Positions 25,061 through 39,484 of a DNA stretch of 64,000 bases are shown here, one piece after another (position 1 is the first letter of the stretch; every line of letters starts with the position of its first letter). This DNA comes from Obrimoposthia wandeli (taxonomy: Eukaryota). A program made the position numbers and the translations under genes. The notes under the pieces are model-generated. The model was given only the letters and a program-made list of their open reading frames with translations. It was not told the DNA's origin and did no database searches. The DNA lies in NCBI GenBank assembly GCA_977020255.1, contig CDROCS010000148.1:186001-250000 (forward strand), given 5' to 3'.

Positions 25061-27154
25061 ACTCACCAACGTCTCATAACTCAGTTTTCTAATAAAGCTA
25101 TATGATTCAACATTAATTGTCCTAAATAAATAGTAATTATTCTGTTAACGTTATATTTTTGTGCAACTGGTTTTGTCATTTTGGCAAATTATTAAAAAAT
25201 TAACTTAAGTTATACATATATTTATTACTTATAAATAAAAGTAGTAAATTATGCATAAAATATGATCATCAGTGTTTTAAGAAGGTAAGGAATATTTATT
25301 GTTACCCTTAAATTTTGACTCAGAATGAAAGAACATAAACACAGATAAATTTATTTGTTATCTCTAAAATGTTTAGAAAATATTATCCGTAGAAATGAAG
25401 ACTGTTTAAATAGGCTTCTTCAAAATTTGTGTTGAAGAGTTGATTATTATTAGCAGAATAGAATCAAATACAGTAAAAATATTATTAATAAAGTAAATTA
25501 AATAGGTGGCAATGAGATGACGATGATCGGTGGGTAGTGAAAGTGGTGAAAGTAGAAGGTCCTTATAAAATTTAAAAGTTGTTTTACCAAGGGGATTTGG
25601 TAACATGTGATAAGTTAAAAAGTTTTTGAATTTAAAAAGTTAATGTTGCCAAGTTATTAAAAAGAATTGTTGTGTCAATTTTTTATATATCCAAGTGAAT
25701 GTTTATGTTTCAAAAAAGGATTTATGCTCTATGATTTATGATTTTGCCCTCCGAAACAATTTGTTTAAAATCGTAATAAAGATATCTTTCATATTTTTCA
25801 AGTTTGATAATAAATTGAAAAAAGTGTTAACCTAAAATTGATTGAAAATTGAAAATATTTAATTTCTCAATATAATCTTCGTGTTCAATTATATATAATG
25901 TAAATGTTTTATAATTTAAGCACATTACATTGCAGAAGATATGGATATCATACAAATTACAGATGATTTATTCTCTGAACCTAAATAATCAGTAATTGCA
26001 GAATTTGTGGTTAACTCAAAATTTTACAAGTACCATGAAACGAAAGTGTTTTATTGAGAATTTAAGGTAAATTTACTAAAGATTGCTCTACAACTAAATT
26101 ATTTCAATTTAAATATCAAAGCTGAAATAAATAACAGGCCCTATGAATTACAAAACTATGTTTCATCTGATATTTGAAAGGCTGTGATTACTGTGATGGT
26201 GTTAAATTTAACGAAATATTGTAACAAAATGAAATTACAAATTATAATTTTCCAGGAAAGCAAAAAAATATAAATTTTAAATGCGTTATTCTTCCTTTGG
26301 CAAGTATTATAAATTGTCAGTAAATCTTACTCCAATGTTTAAATTTAAAACGCTATCACACAATTATTGAAACTCGATAAATAACTTTAAGACAAATATA
26401 TATTTAAGAAAAACGACATTTTAATCAGTACTATATGAACCATTGGTTGAAATTACTTCCACCTACTCTGCTTTGTTTGTTTGCATCTGTCCACACCTTT
26501 GGCCACTAAACACACACAACTGAGTGATATCCACATGGTTGTAAAATTCTTTCTGCAAATGACTTTGGTATCACTGTAAGCGCCTCAGTAAGATAAGTTA
26601 GCATGGCAGTGATTACCGCTTCAACGAACTAAAAGCAGCGCACCAGATTTAAATAGTGGATAACCCTTTGTTTTTAAAGATTTAAAATGTAGCTATATAA
26701 TTTTTTTCATTTAGATTTTATATTGAGTTTAGAACAAAAATACAGTAAAAAGCGGAGAAAAACGTTTAAAGAAATTTTCCCAAAAATTGCGAAGAGAGTT
26801 TTGTTTAGATTACTTCAGTTCCAGAAATTTATTGAATTATGTTAATAAATCCCAATAAAAAGACACACAGACATGGGGAAAATATTACCAGGTTTGCTAG
26901 TTATAGGATAAAACGAGAAGTTAGGGAACATATAAATACCGATAAAAGGGTGACAAAGAGTAGGACTAGAAAGAAGTATGATTTAAATATTTGCAAATAT
27001 ATTTGTGGAAGAGTTTTGAACAAATAGTATAAGAAATATAAAAATGCAAAGAAAGAAGTTACTCACACAAAGAAACAGAAAATAACAGTGGTTGTGCATG
27101 CGTTATGATTGGTACTGGACGGTATTTTCCGGGTGAAAATAGATTTGTCTAGAC

Positions 27155-28200
27155 CAGAAGTTCTCATCCCTTCCAGTGCTTGGACCCCTTAGCAAAATAA
27201 TATATTTTGGTGGTCATAAAAATCTTTTCTTACCTCTATTTCCAATACAAACATCTTCTAAATACTATTCAACATGAGCCTTGGGGCTGATGCTGATCTA
27301 CGAGTTTGTTGATATCGAGATTTAGTGTTGCCAAGGAGAAACAGATAACACACATTTTATTTCGAGGCTTAGATTGTAAATGAGACACACAACTGAAGCT
27401 CAATTCTACAAGGTAGGTTGTGGGAAAAGCAATTATATTTATCTTTGCCTTCTCCCAGAGCAATGGATAATTTGTAGCCGTGTAGTTACTTTTCCATATG
27501 TTATATTTTTCATCTTTGAATCTCAGACATGTTGCTTTTGGAATTCAATGAGACTCATGTAAAGTGATGTTTTCATCAGCAGGATCAGTTTCAAATCGAG
27601 TTATCACCCAAGCTGGAATACTCATTTTTAGAAGATCGCTGAACCGAAATTGCATATATCCGTACATGACCATCGTTCTGCATTTCGCTGCTAATAGAGA
27701 ACAAGTATGGAAACTGTCCCAAAGAACCTCATCCAATATTCATTATAAATATGGTAAGCTTTCCAAGGAAAGCAGTAATAAATCGAACTGAAGAGCAAAC
27801 TGTTTCACTTGCAATTAATTTTCAAGGTCATCAGCCATTTCATTAATGCGACTCGATACTGATGAGTTACTCAAAGGAATAACATTAATGATTTGTGTGT
27901 GTATTCGCTAACAGTATCGGTTTCCCCAATATTATGGAGTTTTCTAGCTTTTGCAATTATCTTCGAAATTTCATACAATACCAGTAAATGTGTCTTTTTC
28001 TTCGCCTGCTCCATAAACATCTGACCCATTGATTTTCTTTCGTAAAGTACTCGTTTGGTTTCTTCTATTTTTTGTACACTAACTTCAAATAGGTTCAAAG
28101 GCCTCGTGCTTTAATTTGACGATTCAGTCAGATATATAAGACAAAGTGGCTTTGTGATATCTCGTATTGAGGGAATAAAAACATAACACAGAATATAGTC
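27155..28200 (-). mobile_element. hAT Charlie/Buster-type element, internally deleted
   Basis: YEISKIIAKARKLHNIGET, RFSDLLKMSIPAWVI and LWEKAKINIIAFPTTYLVELSFS...HQPQGS. The left end CAGAAGTTCTCA is preceded by GTCTAGAC (27147-27154), the Buster-type TSD consensus. The other end was not located. Confidence 0.88.
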
Positions 28201-28639
28201 GGCATTTCTTTTTCGTTACTGGAGTGATGGGCAATTTGAAGTCTAGGGAAGAAATCCGACTAATGAAGTACATTAAAAATGGTGTGACTTACTAAATTAT
28301 TCCGTTAAATTTTATGATTTCTATTAAAAGCACTATTTACAATACTAGAAAAATGCACATTTAAATGTATAATCATAACACTGACCGGCGTGATTTAAAA
28401 TGTCAATGGTATTTTATTGTTCTTAGTTCAGTTTTTACATGTTGATTTCGAAAATTGCATCCATTGATCAAGTCAATGTTTCGAAATAAAACCTTTTTTC
28501 TAAATGCTAATTTTTCATATTTATTGTTAGATTTGTGACTGAGCTATTAGTATAATTACATATAATAACAGAATTACAATATAAATAGAGTCCTTTCAAC
28601 TCACAGAAATCTGCTAATCAGGGGTGAATCGCTTCTTGA

Positions 28640-29000
28640 GTGACTTCTGTTTGTAGTGAGGGACATTACATTATTTGCAGGCACCAGCAGTTGTTGGTCA
28701 GAAAGTGGACGTCCCATAAAGCTTGAATGTGCTCTTCTATCATTTGTATCTCCTTGTGAAATCGCTCAAAATGGCCTCAAAATATATATGTGGCTCCCCA
28801 AAATACTACTTCTTTCTCATTCCCGCAAAGTTTCATGGCTCCATGTTAAAAAACACGCGTCCAGATAGTCTCTAAAATTTTGAGACACATTCTCAAAGAA
28901 AATAATACAAATATTTGAATAACTAGAACACGTGAAAGAGGAGGGAGCTTTATTTGGCTACGAATGCATTGAATCGCTTCACTATCGGGCCATTTCTATA
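28640..29000 (-). mobile_element. C-terminal fragment of the same Chapaev3-like transposase family
   Basis: Minus strand reads GHFERFHKEIQMIEEHIQALWDVHFLTNNCWCL, similar to the 'GERFHQDI..ME.RYQG.W....DYCW.L' motif. Confidence 0.6.
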
Positions 29001-30899
29001 ATGAAATTCAATTATAGAGATAATTTTATTTATCAAGAAGACAAATAATAAGAGGGGTCGCTGACAGTTTTTTAAATATAGTGTCATCAACTATATGACC
29101 TAATTAATTTTACAAAAATGACCTACATTTTCAAATGTTCCAGGACGTGAAACGTTTAATGATCAGATAAGGTGGTATCTTTTTTCTTAACCACTACATG
29201 ATAGGCCAAAAACCACGTTTTTGGGGACACTTTTTCTCACCCAGAATCGCTTGACAGAAGTGTTAACTTACAGTTTAAACACTACTTAAAATTAATCCAC
29301 TAAAGTTTTACCTATTTTACTATTAAGTTTGATGTATTTCTTAATTTGATTTTCTCGTATTGTCTCAGGTGTTTCACAATATCTATCTGAAGTGGCATCT
29401 CTGCATCGTCAATAACTATGTCTTTGGGTCGTCTTGAATCGTTGTTCTTGGTTTTCTTCTTCTATCGAGTAAGGCAGCTTGTGTTCTACAGAAATTCACT
29501 CTATCGTCATCTCTCCAGATTTCTTTTTTTATCTTCCTCCAATACCCAATGGCGTGTCGCCTTGCTCTGATAATTTTATAAAACACACTTTAAGTTGATC
29601 TGTATGCTAAGGACTAAATGGTTATGGACATAATCAGCATTTAATTAAAAAATCACTTTATAGTTATCATGTGCTTTGAAAAGAAATGTGTATTTGTACG
29701 AAATGAATTGACCTTGTTCAATTATAATGAAAATGGCTCCAATAGCCTTTCAACATAACTTTAAAGGGTTCATACACAAATTCAACATATTCTGACGACA
29801 TTACTTTAATTATCTACAATTATTGATGAATACAAAGATAGTCCAATACGCTTATCAAATATAGTCATTATATTTTTGTATATTCCTCACATTTAAAAAT
29901 ATTAGTATTCAAACTTTCAAAAGGTTCAAATTATTGTGCATTGTATTATTTTCTGTATATTTTACAATATATTAAAAAAAATCAAAAATTATTTACATTC
30001 CATCTCGAAAAATCAAATAAAATTTCGTAGAAAAAATCATTCCACAGAATGCTGTACAAATATCAAATGTCAGCTAAACAAATATCCATCCAATGAAAAG
30101 ATTGTTGGAAAATTCAAACACTCTATACTTGGAAATGTTGCGCATTTTTGAAAAAAGTCTGTATTGAAAACACATGCATCCACCACATGCAAATTTAATG
30201 CTAACTCTTTTTCCAGATACGAAAACTTGAATATCATTTTTAAAAGATTTTATTGTAGTTTAAATGTTTATAGATTTTGTCATTTTAACCCGAGGCCTAA
30301 ACTTATACTCTTAGAGTTAGAAACGCTGATTTGGTGAATGCGACTATAACTGATATGTCGGTTGGTAAATCGGGATTTCATCTCGCATCAAAATAGCACT
30401 ACTGAGAAGCATATTTCCTTTGTTATTTATTGGTTTCTATAATTAATTGCCAAAATTAATGTCCAATTTCATGACTGTTTTGTTGCGATGGTGCTTGCGA
30501 AAATGACATTTACTTCTGACCGGTGCTGACGAGTCTTTGAGTCAACAATCAGCTTCAGGCAGTAGCAAAACAATACACTATAACCAACAGACACTAAAAA
30601 CCCTTTACAAAGTGCTGAAATTAGTTGTACAATAAAATTATTAATTGATATAATTGAAAATGATAAAATTTTTGAAATGAAACGTGGAATTAATTTTGCT
30701 GACTGAATTGTTTAATACAGCATACACTCTTTTTATTTTCGAAACTGTCGTTTAATCTTTAAAATAAATAACCCATAATTAATATTACAATTTGTTTTGC
30801 TTTGTTAATTTTCTAGAAAATCCGTTTAAAGATCCAAAATTAACTTCAAATATTTTCTAATTTACGAAACTTTATGAACTTGTAAAAACACTTAAATGA

Positions 30900-31620
30900 A
30901 ACCAAATTCTAATGACTGAAATGTGACATCTTATTAATTAAATAGATGAAATCAAGACAATTAAAGATGAATGTAAATAAAACTGAAGCTGTATTATTTC
31001 GTATTAAAGAAAAAATAGTTGCAGAGGAAATATTTTTAATTTAAAATAAAGTAAAGAATGAACTGTCAAATTAAAAGAGATAAGAACATGCAACAGTCAT
31101 ATCAAAAAGATTTATCTCATAAGAAAATACCTTACTACGAAGATAACTACAATGCTAACGCATGTAATTATTACAACAAGACTTGATTGTCAAAATTATT
31201 ACATTTTAATATTTCAGCTTATAAATTAAATCGCTTGCAAAAAAATGAAAAGCAGTCAGAATTATATTCAAATTAAAGAAAAGTGTTAGTACATACAAAC
31301 ACTTAATGAAGCTCCATCGGCTGCCGTTTAATGCCAGAATCGTCTTCAAGGTCCAGCTAATTCCCTCACAACAGCCCAAATATTTATATAATCTTCTAGA
31401 ACCTGGTGCAGGGAGATGTATTCGTATCTTATGATCAACGATGATGATAGCAGATTCGCCATGATATTTTCAAATAACAAACAGAGTGATGGAATATTTA
31501 AACTTTATTTTTTACATCTTTACAAACTATGATGAATATAAGAATTTGTAACAATCTTTAAAAATTCAAGAAGCAGTGGAAGACTTTGTAATTCCGAAAA
31601 CAGGAAGTGCTTTGGAGTAA
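30900..31620 (+). mobile_element. L2/CR1-clade LINE 3' fragment (copy 4, longest)
   Basis: KLNRLQK..AVRIIFKLKKSVSTYKHLMKLHRLPFNARIVFKVQL..PKYLYNLLEPG, the C-terminal region of L2/Crack ORF2. Confidence 0.75.
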
Positions 31621-34293
31621 ATCATAAATTAATTAGATATTAGCGCTTTATATATTATAGCGCTATATATAAATTGACATATTATTGATTTTATTGATAT
31701 TTTTAGTTAGATTTTCTAGAATAATATCTCAAAGCAAAATAGATTGTAATATTAATCAATGTTTCAAAAATGTCCTATTTTGTTCATTGAAAGCATCATT
31801 GGTCTATGAAGGGATAAATAAAATAAAATTTCAAAGGGTTCTGGACGTATCTGACGCTTCAATCAATGTGGATTCAGTCATTATCGGGAAATTATGTTTG
31901 AAATCGGGACTCGAACATACATGGCCAATTATGGTATAATCAAATATTTTACATGAAATTTAAGTTGTTTGGTTGTTATAACAATAGATTAAAAATTATC
32001 CTCTCACTTTTCTATTTAATAATGAAAGCTGATATTATTTGAGAAAGAAGATATTGGGAAGGGAAATGTTCACCAATTGAGCAAAAATAATTAAATCGGA
32101 AGCTAAAATCATTGAAGTAATCCTAATTCTGTAATATTTTCTATGATTCGATATTACACTGAATAATAATTTTAATTTGATCACATTATGAGAATTTTTT
32201 GGATACAATCTGAATACAATTGCAGTTCCATTGATCAAACATTAAAATTTACATCTGTAACAAGGTAACATGATTTTGTAATAACACCTAATTTCATTGA
32301 TATTGATTCTATAAGTAAAGAATATTTAATTCACAATAATTCTACAAAACGTGTCTAATAATGCAGTAAAGTTGTATAATTTTGAAAAAAAAGTTTGTTT
32401 CAATTAAAATATAGTTAAATTAAATAAATATTAGTAATTCAGAATTACGATTGTTTTATATGATTTTTTCGAATTAATAAAATATCAGTATTAGATTTTT
32501 TTAGATCGCGATGTGAGCTATAAAAATAATTTAATTTGAGAAAATTTAGAAGTAGTATATTTTACCGTTTAAATTAATTAAATAAATTGAACAGAAAACA
32601 TAATTTGTATCAATTTAAAACTGAAAATTTAGAAAAATATCATTTCAAAACTAAATAAATTAAAATTTTCTTTGCTAAATTTTTACATTAATAGACTGGT
32701 GAAGGATTATTTAAATTTAATAATAACTTTCTAGTTTAATTACATTTCGAACACTTTATAAATCGTTGCTACTTATAGGCATCATCGGTTGACCAAATTT
32801 CATAAATAAAATGTAAGGCTGGTAAAAAGTTATTTATTGATTTTGATTTATTACACGGTATCACATTTTCTTATGCAGTTTGTAAACTCAAATTTATTTG
32901 TCATGGGAACTGCCTTTTAATGAATTATCAATCGTATAAAAAGGAAAACAACATTTAAATTAAAAAACCCAATAACGCTAATTTCGATATAATTTATGGT
33001 ATTTTTAAGACAAAAAATAATGGTTTTGTATTTGATATTTGAAACTATCGATACGAAAACAACCTATAAAAATCGATTTTTCTGCAAATACTTCTTGGGA
33101 GGCCGAACTTTGGGCACTTATAACCTAATTCATGTTTGTTTGTCAAATGTTTTTAGAACTTTTTAATATTAATTCCGGCTTCGAAGTTGAACTTTTTTCA
33201 TTTTTAAATTCTGTAATAGGAAACCTTCAATAACTTTAAACCAAATATATGTTTCAAAATTTCCTTTTACAATTTAGGAATTGTTTTATTTTATAGGATA
33301 AAATATATACTTACGAGTGGATAATTGCATTTGGGCCTCTGGGTACTAAAATAATCAGTTTTAAATAAAGATAAATTGTCATAAATTGTCATTTTTATCA
33401 TTCATACCTGTAAAAAATGAAGTTTAAAAAAAATTAATTTAATTTTGTTTAAATGCCCTTAAATAGTCAAAGTTTCTGACAAAACTGATTTTATATAATT
33501 ATACATGTAGCTTGTACTAATAAGTTATGGTATTTTTTCATATAAATAAAACTTAAACTTTTTGCTTGAAGTTAAATTTAATAATTTCAACAACAAAAAT
33601 TATCCAATAATAATAAATTTTAAGAAACATTATTTATATTCAAATTAAAAGTTATATTTATTTTGTTTAAAATCCCCTTTTTAAAATAACTTAAATATAA
33701 ATATAATTTGAAATAATACAAACTTTAAACAAGACTTTTAATTTTTTTAAGATATATTTAGCATAAATTCGTTGTCAATTTAATATTATAAACCTATAAA
33801 ATTAATATAAACAATATTTATTTTTCTCTTGTTAAAAGATACAGAAAGATATTATCTCTTGAGGAAAACACCACAAATTCTTTCTTGGTAATTTCTGTAT
33901 TTCATTTTTGTGGTTTAGCATAATTTTCATACAGATTGTCATAATTGCAAATGGTTAATAAAATTTATTTGTTAAAATAAAAACCATAAAAAGGCAACAA
34001 ATTAATTGATTTATTTGTATACAAATTATTTTATATATTCATAATGAATTAAGAAAACTAAATTAGTTTTAGCTAAGAGTCATATTACAGAGTGTACTTA
34101 ATGTGGTTTATGGAGATGTTCATCTTACAAATTATTCAAATTACAGAGCTTTCTCTGTAATTGATTTTATATTTAAGACTAGACAAACATATATTATTCA
34201 TTCAATCACTAAATCTAGGTGATATTTGTTTTATTCTTCAGACCGATATCCTTTTTAAATGCCCTTCGTAGTTTTCAATATTCTAGTAATTTC

Positions 34294-34533
34294 TCATATT
34301 GTTTCTTTCATATTGTAATTATAATATATTATATTATATTTATTCAAGTATTACTAATTAAATGTAAATTAAAAATGAAAGTTGAATTTTTGAAAATTAG
34401 AAAAGATTAAATTATGTAAAATTATTATTATTATTAAATTATGAATTTTTTTAAAATACATTTATTTTACTGAACTTTAACTTCCTTCCAATCAACACAA
34501 CATACTCTAAATAAAGAGATAACTGTCAAGTGG
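34294..34533 (+). repeat. ~240-bp direct repeat, copy 1
   Basis: Nearly identical to 37862-38095 (tcatattg...ttccaatca.cacaacatactc.aaataaagagataactgtcaagtgg). Confidence 0.92.
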
Positions 34534-34882
34534 CAACTGAGTATATAATCTCGAACTATTTGTTTTAAAAATGCGATCTTCTGAATTTTTACTATTCCTC
34601 TGAGATTGATGTGATTATTAAAAGTTTTCATCAATCACATATCCTTTCAATACTTAGGCTCTTTTCGATTATATTCGGTAGGTCCTTTTGTAGGAAGTCA
34701 ATGTATATATCTAGATGGGGTGTAATTGATTCATTTTTATTTAAACTAAAACTTAATCGTACAAGTTTATTCAGAGTCACCTGCAAAGTATCTGCATAAA
34801 AAATTGTTTGGTCTGTGTATGCTTGACTTGTTGACACTATCGATTGCTGGATTTATTTATCCTATCCTGAAATCCCATCCAG

Positions 34883-35169
34883 CGTGGTCCACGGTGCCTT
34901 TGTCTTCCCAACTGGAGCACGGCATGATGACACCGAGTCCCAGCCTCAACACTGCCACCAATCTGGAGTCGGGCCACAGCGACAGTGACAGTGATGACCT
35001 TGAAATTGAGGAACTGACCTCGGGACCGGCCTCGGTTTCACAGGCCTCCATCACAAGATCATCACGGTCCTCTGACACCCTCAACGTGAGGCCCGTCCCC
35101 ACAGCGCATCGCTCAAGTGCCACCACCACGCACTCCAGCGGGTCTCGAGATATCGATGCAGAGGACGCG
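34883..35169 (+). CDS. Tub: Tubby-like protein, internal Ser/Asp-rich exon
   Basis: GC-rich island with a pyrimidine-rich acceptor (...cctatcctgaaatcccatccag|CG, phase 1) and a consensus donor GACGCG|GTGAGT (phase 0). Encodes (A)WSTVPLSSQ...SDSDSDDLEIEEL...DAEDA. The phases fit exon 1-199 upstream and exon 53622-53747 downstream. Assignment to tubby rests on phase and position, not on sequence similarity. Confidence 0.7.
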
Positions 35170-35600
35170 GTGAGTCCACTGCATCAGTAACCCTTTGAGT
35201 CCTAAACCTTGAACAACATTCAATTATGCAAATTATCTAAATGATCTTTTTAAATGTTTGCATTTACGATAAAAGTATCCCTTTCTGACTAAAAATGCAC
35301 AGTAGTGATTATTGAAGTAGAAAAATGACTATTTTGATGCAAGTAAAATGTGTTTTACTAAATTATGCCATTTAAATACATTTTATTTTTGAGTAAGAAT
35401 CTAAATTAAATTTAATGAAAAATATTTTTTTATAATTTGACGAAAATTCAATTTCACCAATATTTGCTTCTTAAGAAGTGGTCGAAGAAATTGAAAAATT
35501 GGATTTATTAACAAGATAGACCCAAATTTAGTAAATATTAGGAATGTAAGTGAAATAAAACATAATTTTAAATTTTGTTTAGAAAGATGGGTCGTGGAAA

Positions 35601-35720
35601 AAAGACAACTTATTTTGAAAATAGTCAGATAACTTCTTTGGTAGAAGGTGGAATATGCTTCACGAATATAGCCAAATCTGTTAAGTTTGTATAATAATTC
35701 AAATTATATTAACCACCAAA
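35601..35720 (+). mobile_element. Tc1 transposase N-terminal HTH fragment
   Basis: MGRGKKTTYFENSQITSLVEGGICFTNIAKSV, a typical Tc1 start. Confidence 0.6.
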
Positions 35721-36601
35721 ATCTGCCGTTCTCGTTCTGTGTGCTATTTTAAGTAAAGTGCACTGTGGGGAAATGCAGGTAGTTGTGCAATAATATGAAG
35801 ACAATTAGCTTTGCAATCATACAAGTACAAACATTCATTTAATTAGTTTATTGTGAGATTATTTACCTATATTGAATTACGTCAAAAATCCCATCCACTG
35901 GGTCAAATTATAATGAAAAGAAATCTAAACGAACTGAAAGAAACAAAATACGTCTCATAAATGTGGCTTCTAATTCATGTTCAAGTGCTAACACAATGAT
36001 AAATTAACTATTGATAAACAGACCTTGGAAATGTTGAAAATTAAACAAGAAAATTTTAACCTAAGATAAATAAATCAGCAACTTCATTACGGTATTAAAC
36101 TTTGTGGGTAAACAGATCTAATTATGGATTGTATTTTGATAGCTTGACTATTTGCAAAGAAGAAGGGTTACAGAGGTGAATCTGAGCAGTCAGTCTAGAA
36201 AAGACGGACAATCTTCAACCAACTTGATGTGGGATGAGAAGGCGGGAGAGAGCATATTCCGGATGATCTCCCGGCATAGTATGTCAATGCCCTTCTCCTC
36301 CTCATTTCTAGACAACTGTTGCTATGTTGCTCAGTCCCGGTCCAGGTATTATCTGCGCCTCGCAGATAGCCCAGCGGAAGAGAAGCAGATAATAGGATAT
36401 TTAATTAGGTCGGCACACGAACATGCCAATGCAGCAGGATCCGAGAACGAAATTGCATTCGTGACCAGAGTGACATTGCAAGGATTACTCCTCACCTCAA
36501 TTACTTCCCTCATCTCCACTATATCTGCAATCTGACTGCGCTTCTCCGCCTGTCTCCTTCACGCCACACAAATAATCGATAATCTGCTGCATTCTCACTG
36601 C

Positions 36602-36915
36602 CTCACTCACTCACTTGCTTTCCTTTGTCCCTCCCTCACTCACTCTCTCACTCACACGCTTTTCTTTGTCACTCATTTTCTCACTCACTCACTCACTCAC
36701 TTACTCACGCCCTCACTCACTCACTCTTTCGCTCACTCACTCCCTCGCTCACTCACTCACTCACTCACTATTTCACTCATTCACTCACTCACTCACTCAC
36801 TCACTTACTCACTTACTCACTCACTCCCTCGCTCACTCACTCACTATTTCACTCATTCACTCACTCACTCACTCACTCACTTACTCACTTACTCACTCAC
36901 TCACTCACTCATTCA
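36602..36915. repeat. Imperfect (TCAC)n microsatellite
   Basis: About 300 bp of tcac units with interruptions. Confidence 0.97.
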
Positions 36916-37861
36916 ATCCCATTCTCGAATTTCTCACGAATTCTCTCAATATGCTTTTTTTTTCTTGTATTTAACACTCTCATTTGCTGTTGATCTTTCT
37001 ACGCTCAATTAACTCCACCGACGTCTGATAGTGCGCTAATTCGCCGACCTAACTGAAATAGTATCAATATATTTCAGTCAAGCATTACTCTGAAATCTGC
37101 CGTACATAATCTCCCTTCGGCTTCAGGCAATATATCTTAGCAATTCTGAAAAAGAAGCTAAGTCATTTCTACTAATGAGAGTTGTTGCTTTTCTCATAAT
37201 GAACTCTTCAAGCGGTTGTACATTACGGGAAATCCTTATTTTGTTGTGTTTGAATTACCTAATCCCAGTTACTACACTGTCAAATGAATGTATTGAAAGC
37301 CTTATTGTCATTATTTTGAATTGCATCGAAATTTCGACTTTTATCTGAAATATTCATTTAAGATATTTTAATTACGTAAAATATAATAAATTTGGGCACT
37401 TACAATACTTGTACCCGTTTTTGAAATCACTTTTAATATTTAACTTCTAATTATTTTTTGACAGTTGAAATTATATTTTTCGAATTTAAATTTCATTTTT
37501 AAACACAGTTTGATATTATATATTTACTAAATAGCATAAAGTATTATTTTATTTTTATTATTTTTATTAAATATTTTACATTTTAATATAGAATTTATTG
37601 TGTGTTTTTATTAATTTTAATTGTACATCAAATACAGCGCTAAAATGGTTTCAAAAAATTCAAATAAGATTTTTCGTTAAAATAAACGGGTAAATCTTTT
37701 ACATCTGCCTAAATTTGGGTATTAAAATTTTAGAGCATGCTTAAATGAAGGTCAGTTAGTGATAATAATTTATTGTAATAAATAAGAGCTGATTCTGACA
37801 TGAATTTTTTCGAAAATCATATCCGTTTTAATTCGTCGGGCCTAGCTTTGCACAATGAATT

Positions 37862-38095
37862 TCATATTGCTTCTTTCATATTGTAATTATAATATATTAT
37901 ATTTATTCAGTATTACTAATTAAATGTAAATTAAAAATGAAAGTTGAATTTTTGAAAATTAGAAAAGATTAAATTATGTAAAATTATTATTATTATTAAA
38001 TTATGAATTTTTTTTAAATACATTTATTTTACTGATTTTTAACTTCCTTCCAATCACCACAACATACTCCAAATAAAGAGATAACTGTCAAGTGG
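37862..38095 (+). repeat. ~235-bp direct repeat, copy 2 (left arm of a foldback-like element)
   Basis: Matches 34294-34533; its 3' part is inverted again at 38461-38542. Confidence 0.9.
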
Positions 38096-38728
38096 ACAAT
38101 ATATTCAATGAATTTGTACATAGCATTGTGCAAAATGATATTAAATTAGAAATGTTTCTCTTTGATAACATTGCATTCCCCAAACTGAGCCAAACATTCG
38201 GATTAGTTGTCGAATAATTGGTGGTCACATTGCCACTCACAGACCTTGTTTCGATCTGTGACGGCTGATAATCTGAGTTTAGTCAAAACACAAACTAATT
38301 TACAATACAAAAAACGGTGTTTTAAATTTTTTTGTGTGTTTCGGCTACTTATAATGACAATTATCAAATCACCAATGATGACCACCAAAGATTTTGCTTA
38401 TTAATTATATTCACAAAATGGTGATTTGATTTGCATTATAAAAATAAAATTGAAAAATATTAATTTGAATATCATTAGTGTGATGCTATGTACAAAATCT
38501 CTCACGTCATCCGTATATCTTTGTCTGTAGTGTTGATTGGAATGTAGGTAAATGTTGGTTTAAGTAATTTATTTCATTCTTAAACATACAATATGAATTT
38601 TCATATAATTTATAAGGTAATTATTTTAAAGATACGGAGTTATTGTTATATTTGCAGTTGTATGGCTTTGTCAAGAAGGAATTTCCGAAACAAGTGCGAT
38701 TTAATTTGTTACATTTGTCGTCAATATA

Positions 38729-39310
38729 CAGTGTCCCATTGAATTTGAACTATTTCTTATGTAAATAAAATACACACATATACAATTTGATTGAATATTG
38801 ATTTTATATTTTACAAAGTAAGGGTTTTTATTTTATTACACAGACAATATATATAATAGGTTATGATGGAAAATATCGATCGGGACATCATAATTTTATA
38901 TTATGAAAATAACAGGAGTATAATTTCGACTATTAGAGCCTACAATAAGAAATATAAATTGAAGCTCAATATCTTTGATAAAAATAAAGTTCGGAGAATA
39001 ATAAAGAAGTTTGAAACTGGAAAACCACATATTGCGTCAAATGTCAAAGAGTTCTTGAAAACAACTTTCAGCCAATCATGGATAATTTTAAAATGTCTTG
39101 GCCTCCCAGAAGCCCGGATCTTAATCCAATGGATTTTTACTTCTGGGTTACCTGAAATATAAAAGCGTTTAACTCATTGGTCAATTAAAAGAAAGAATTA
39201 AATTCTGTATTGAAGAAATGAAACTAGTAGATTTCGAAAAAGTGATAAAAAATGTACCGTTAAGACTTCAAGCAATTATTGAACAAAATGGCGAACATAT
39301 TGAACATCAT
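38729..39310 (+). mobile_element. Tc3/rosa-type (DUF4817) element, internal-deletion derivative with 5' TIR
   Basis: TA+CAGTGTCCC terminus. DUF4817-like IIILYYENNRSIISTIRAY...VRRIIKKFETG is fused directly to PHIASNVKEFL...WPPRSPDLNPMDF...QNGEHIEH. Confidence 0.85.
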
Positions 39311-39484
39311 GATATATTTATTACTGTTTTTAATAATATATATATTATATTGCTTTGAGATTTTAATTTCTAATAGTTCATTTTTCTGTGGGACTACTTT
39401 TGGGTAACTACTTTTAAATGCACTTACTTCGTCATAAGTTGTGCCATAATAATCGGAAAGCATTAGTTTATCCCAATCTTAAAT

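Noticed and set aside
34658-34677. 20-nt micro-exon (tag|GCTCTTTTCGATTATATTCG|gtaggt)
   Set aside because: Splice sites look plausible, but its length breaks the phase 1-1 junction unless another unseen exon exists.
34857-35129. Minus-strand 90-aa ORF
   Set aside because: Antisense shadow of the GC-rich + strand exon, which has the splice signals.
36615-36993. SLTH/HSLT-repeat ORFs
   Set aside because: Artefacts of the (TCAC)n microsatellite.
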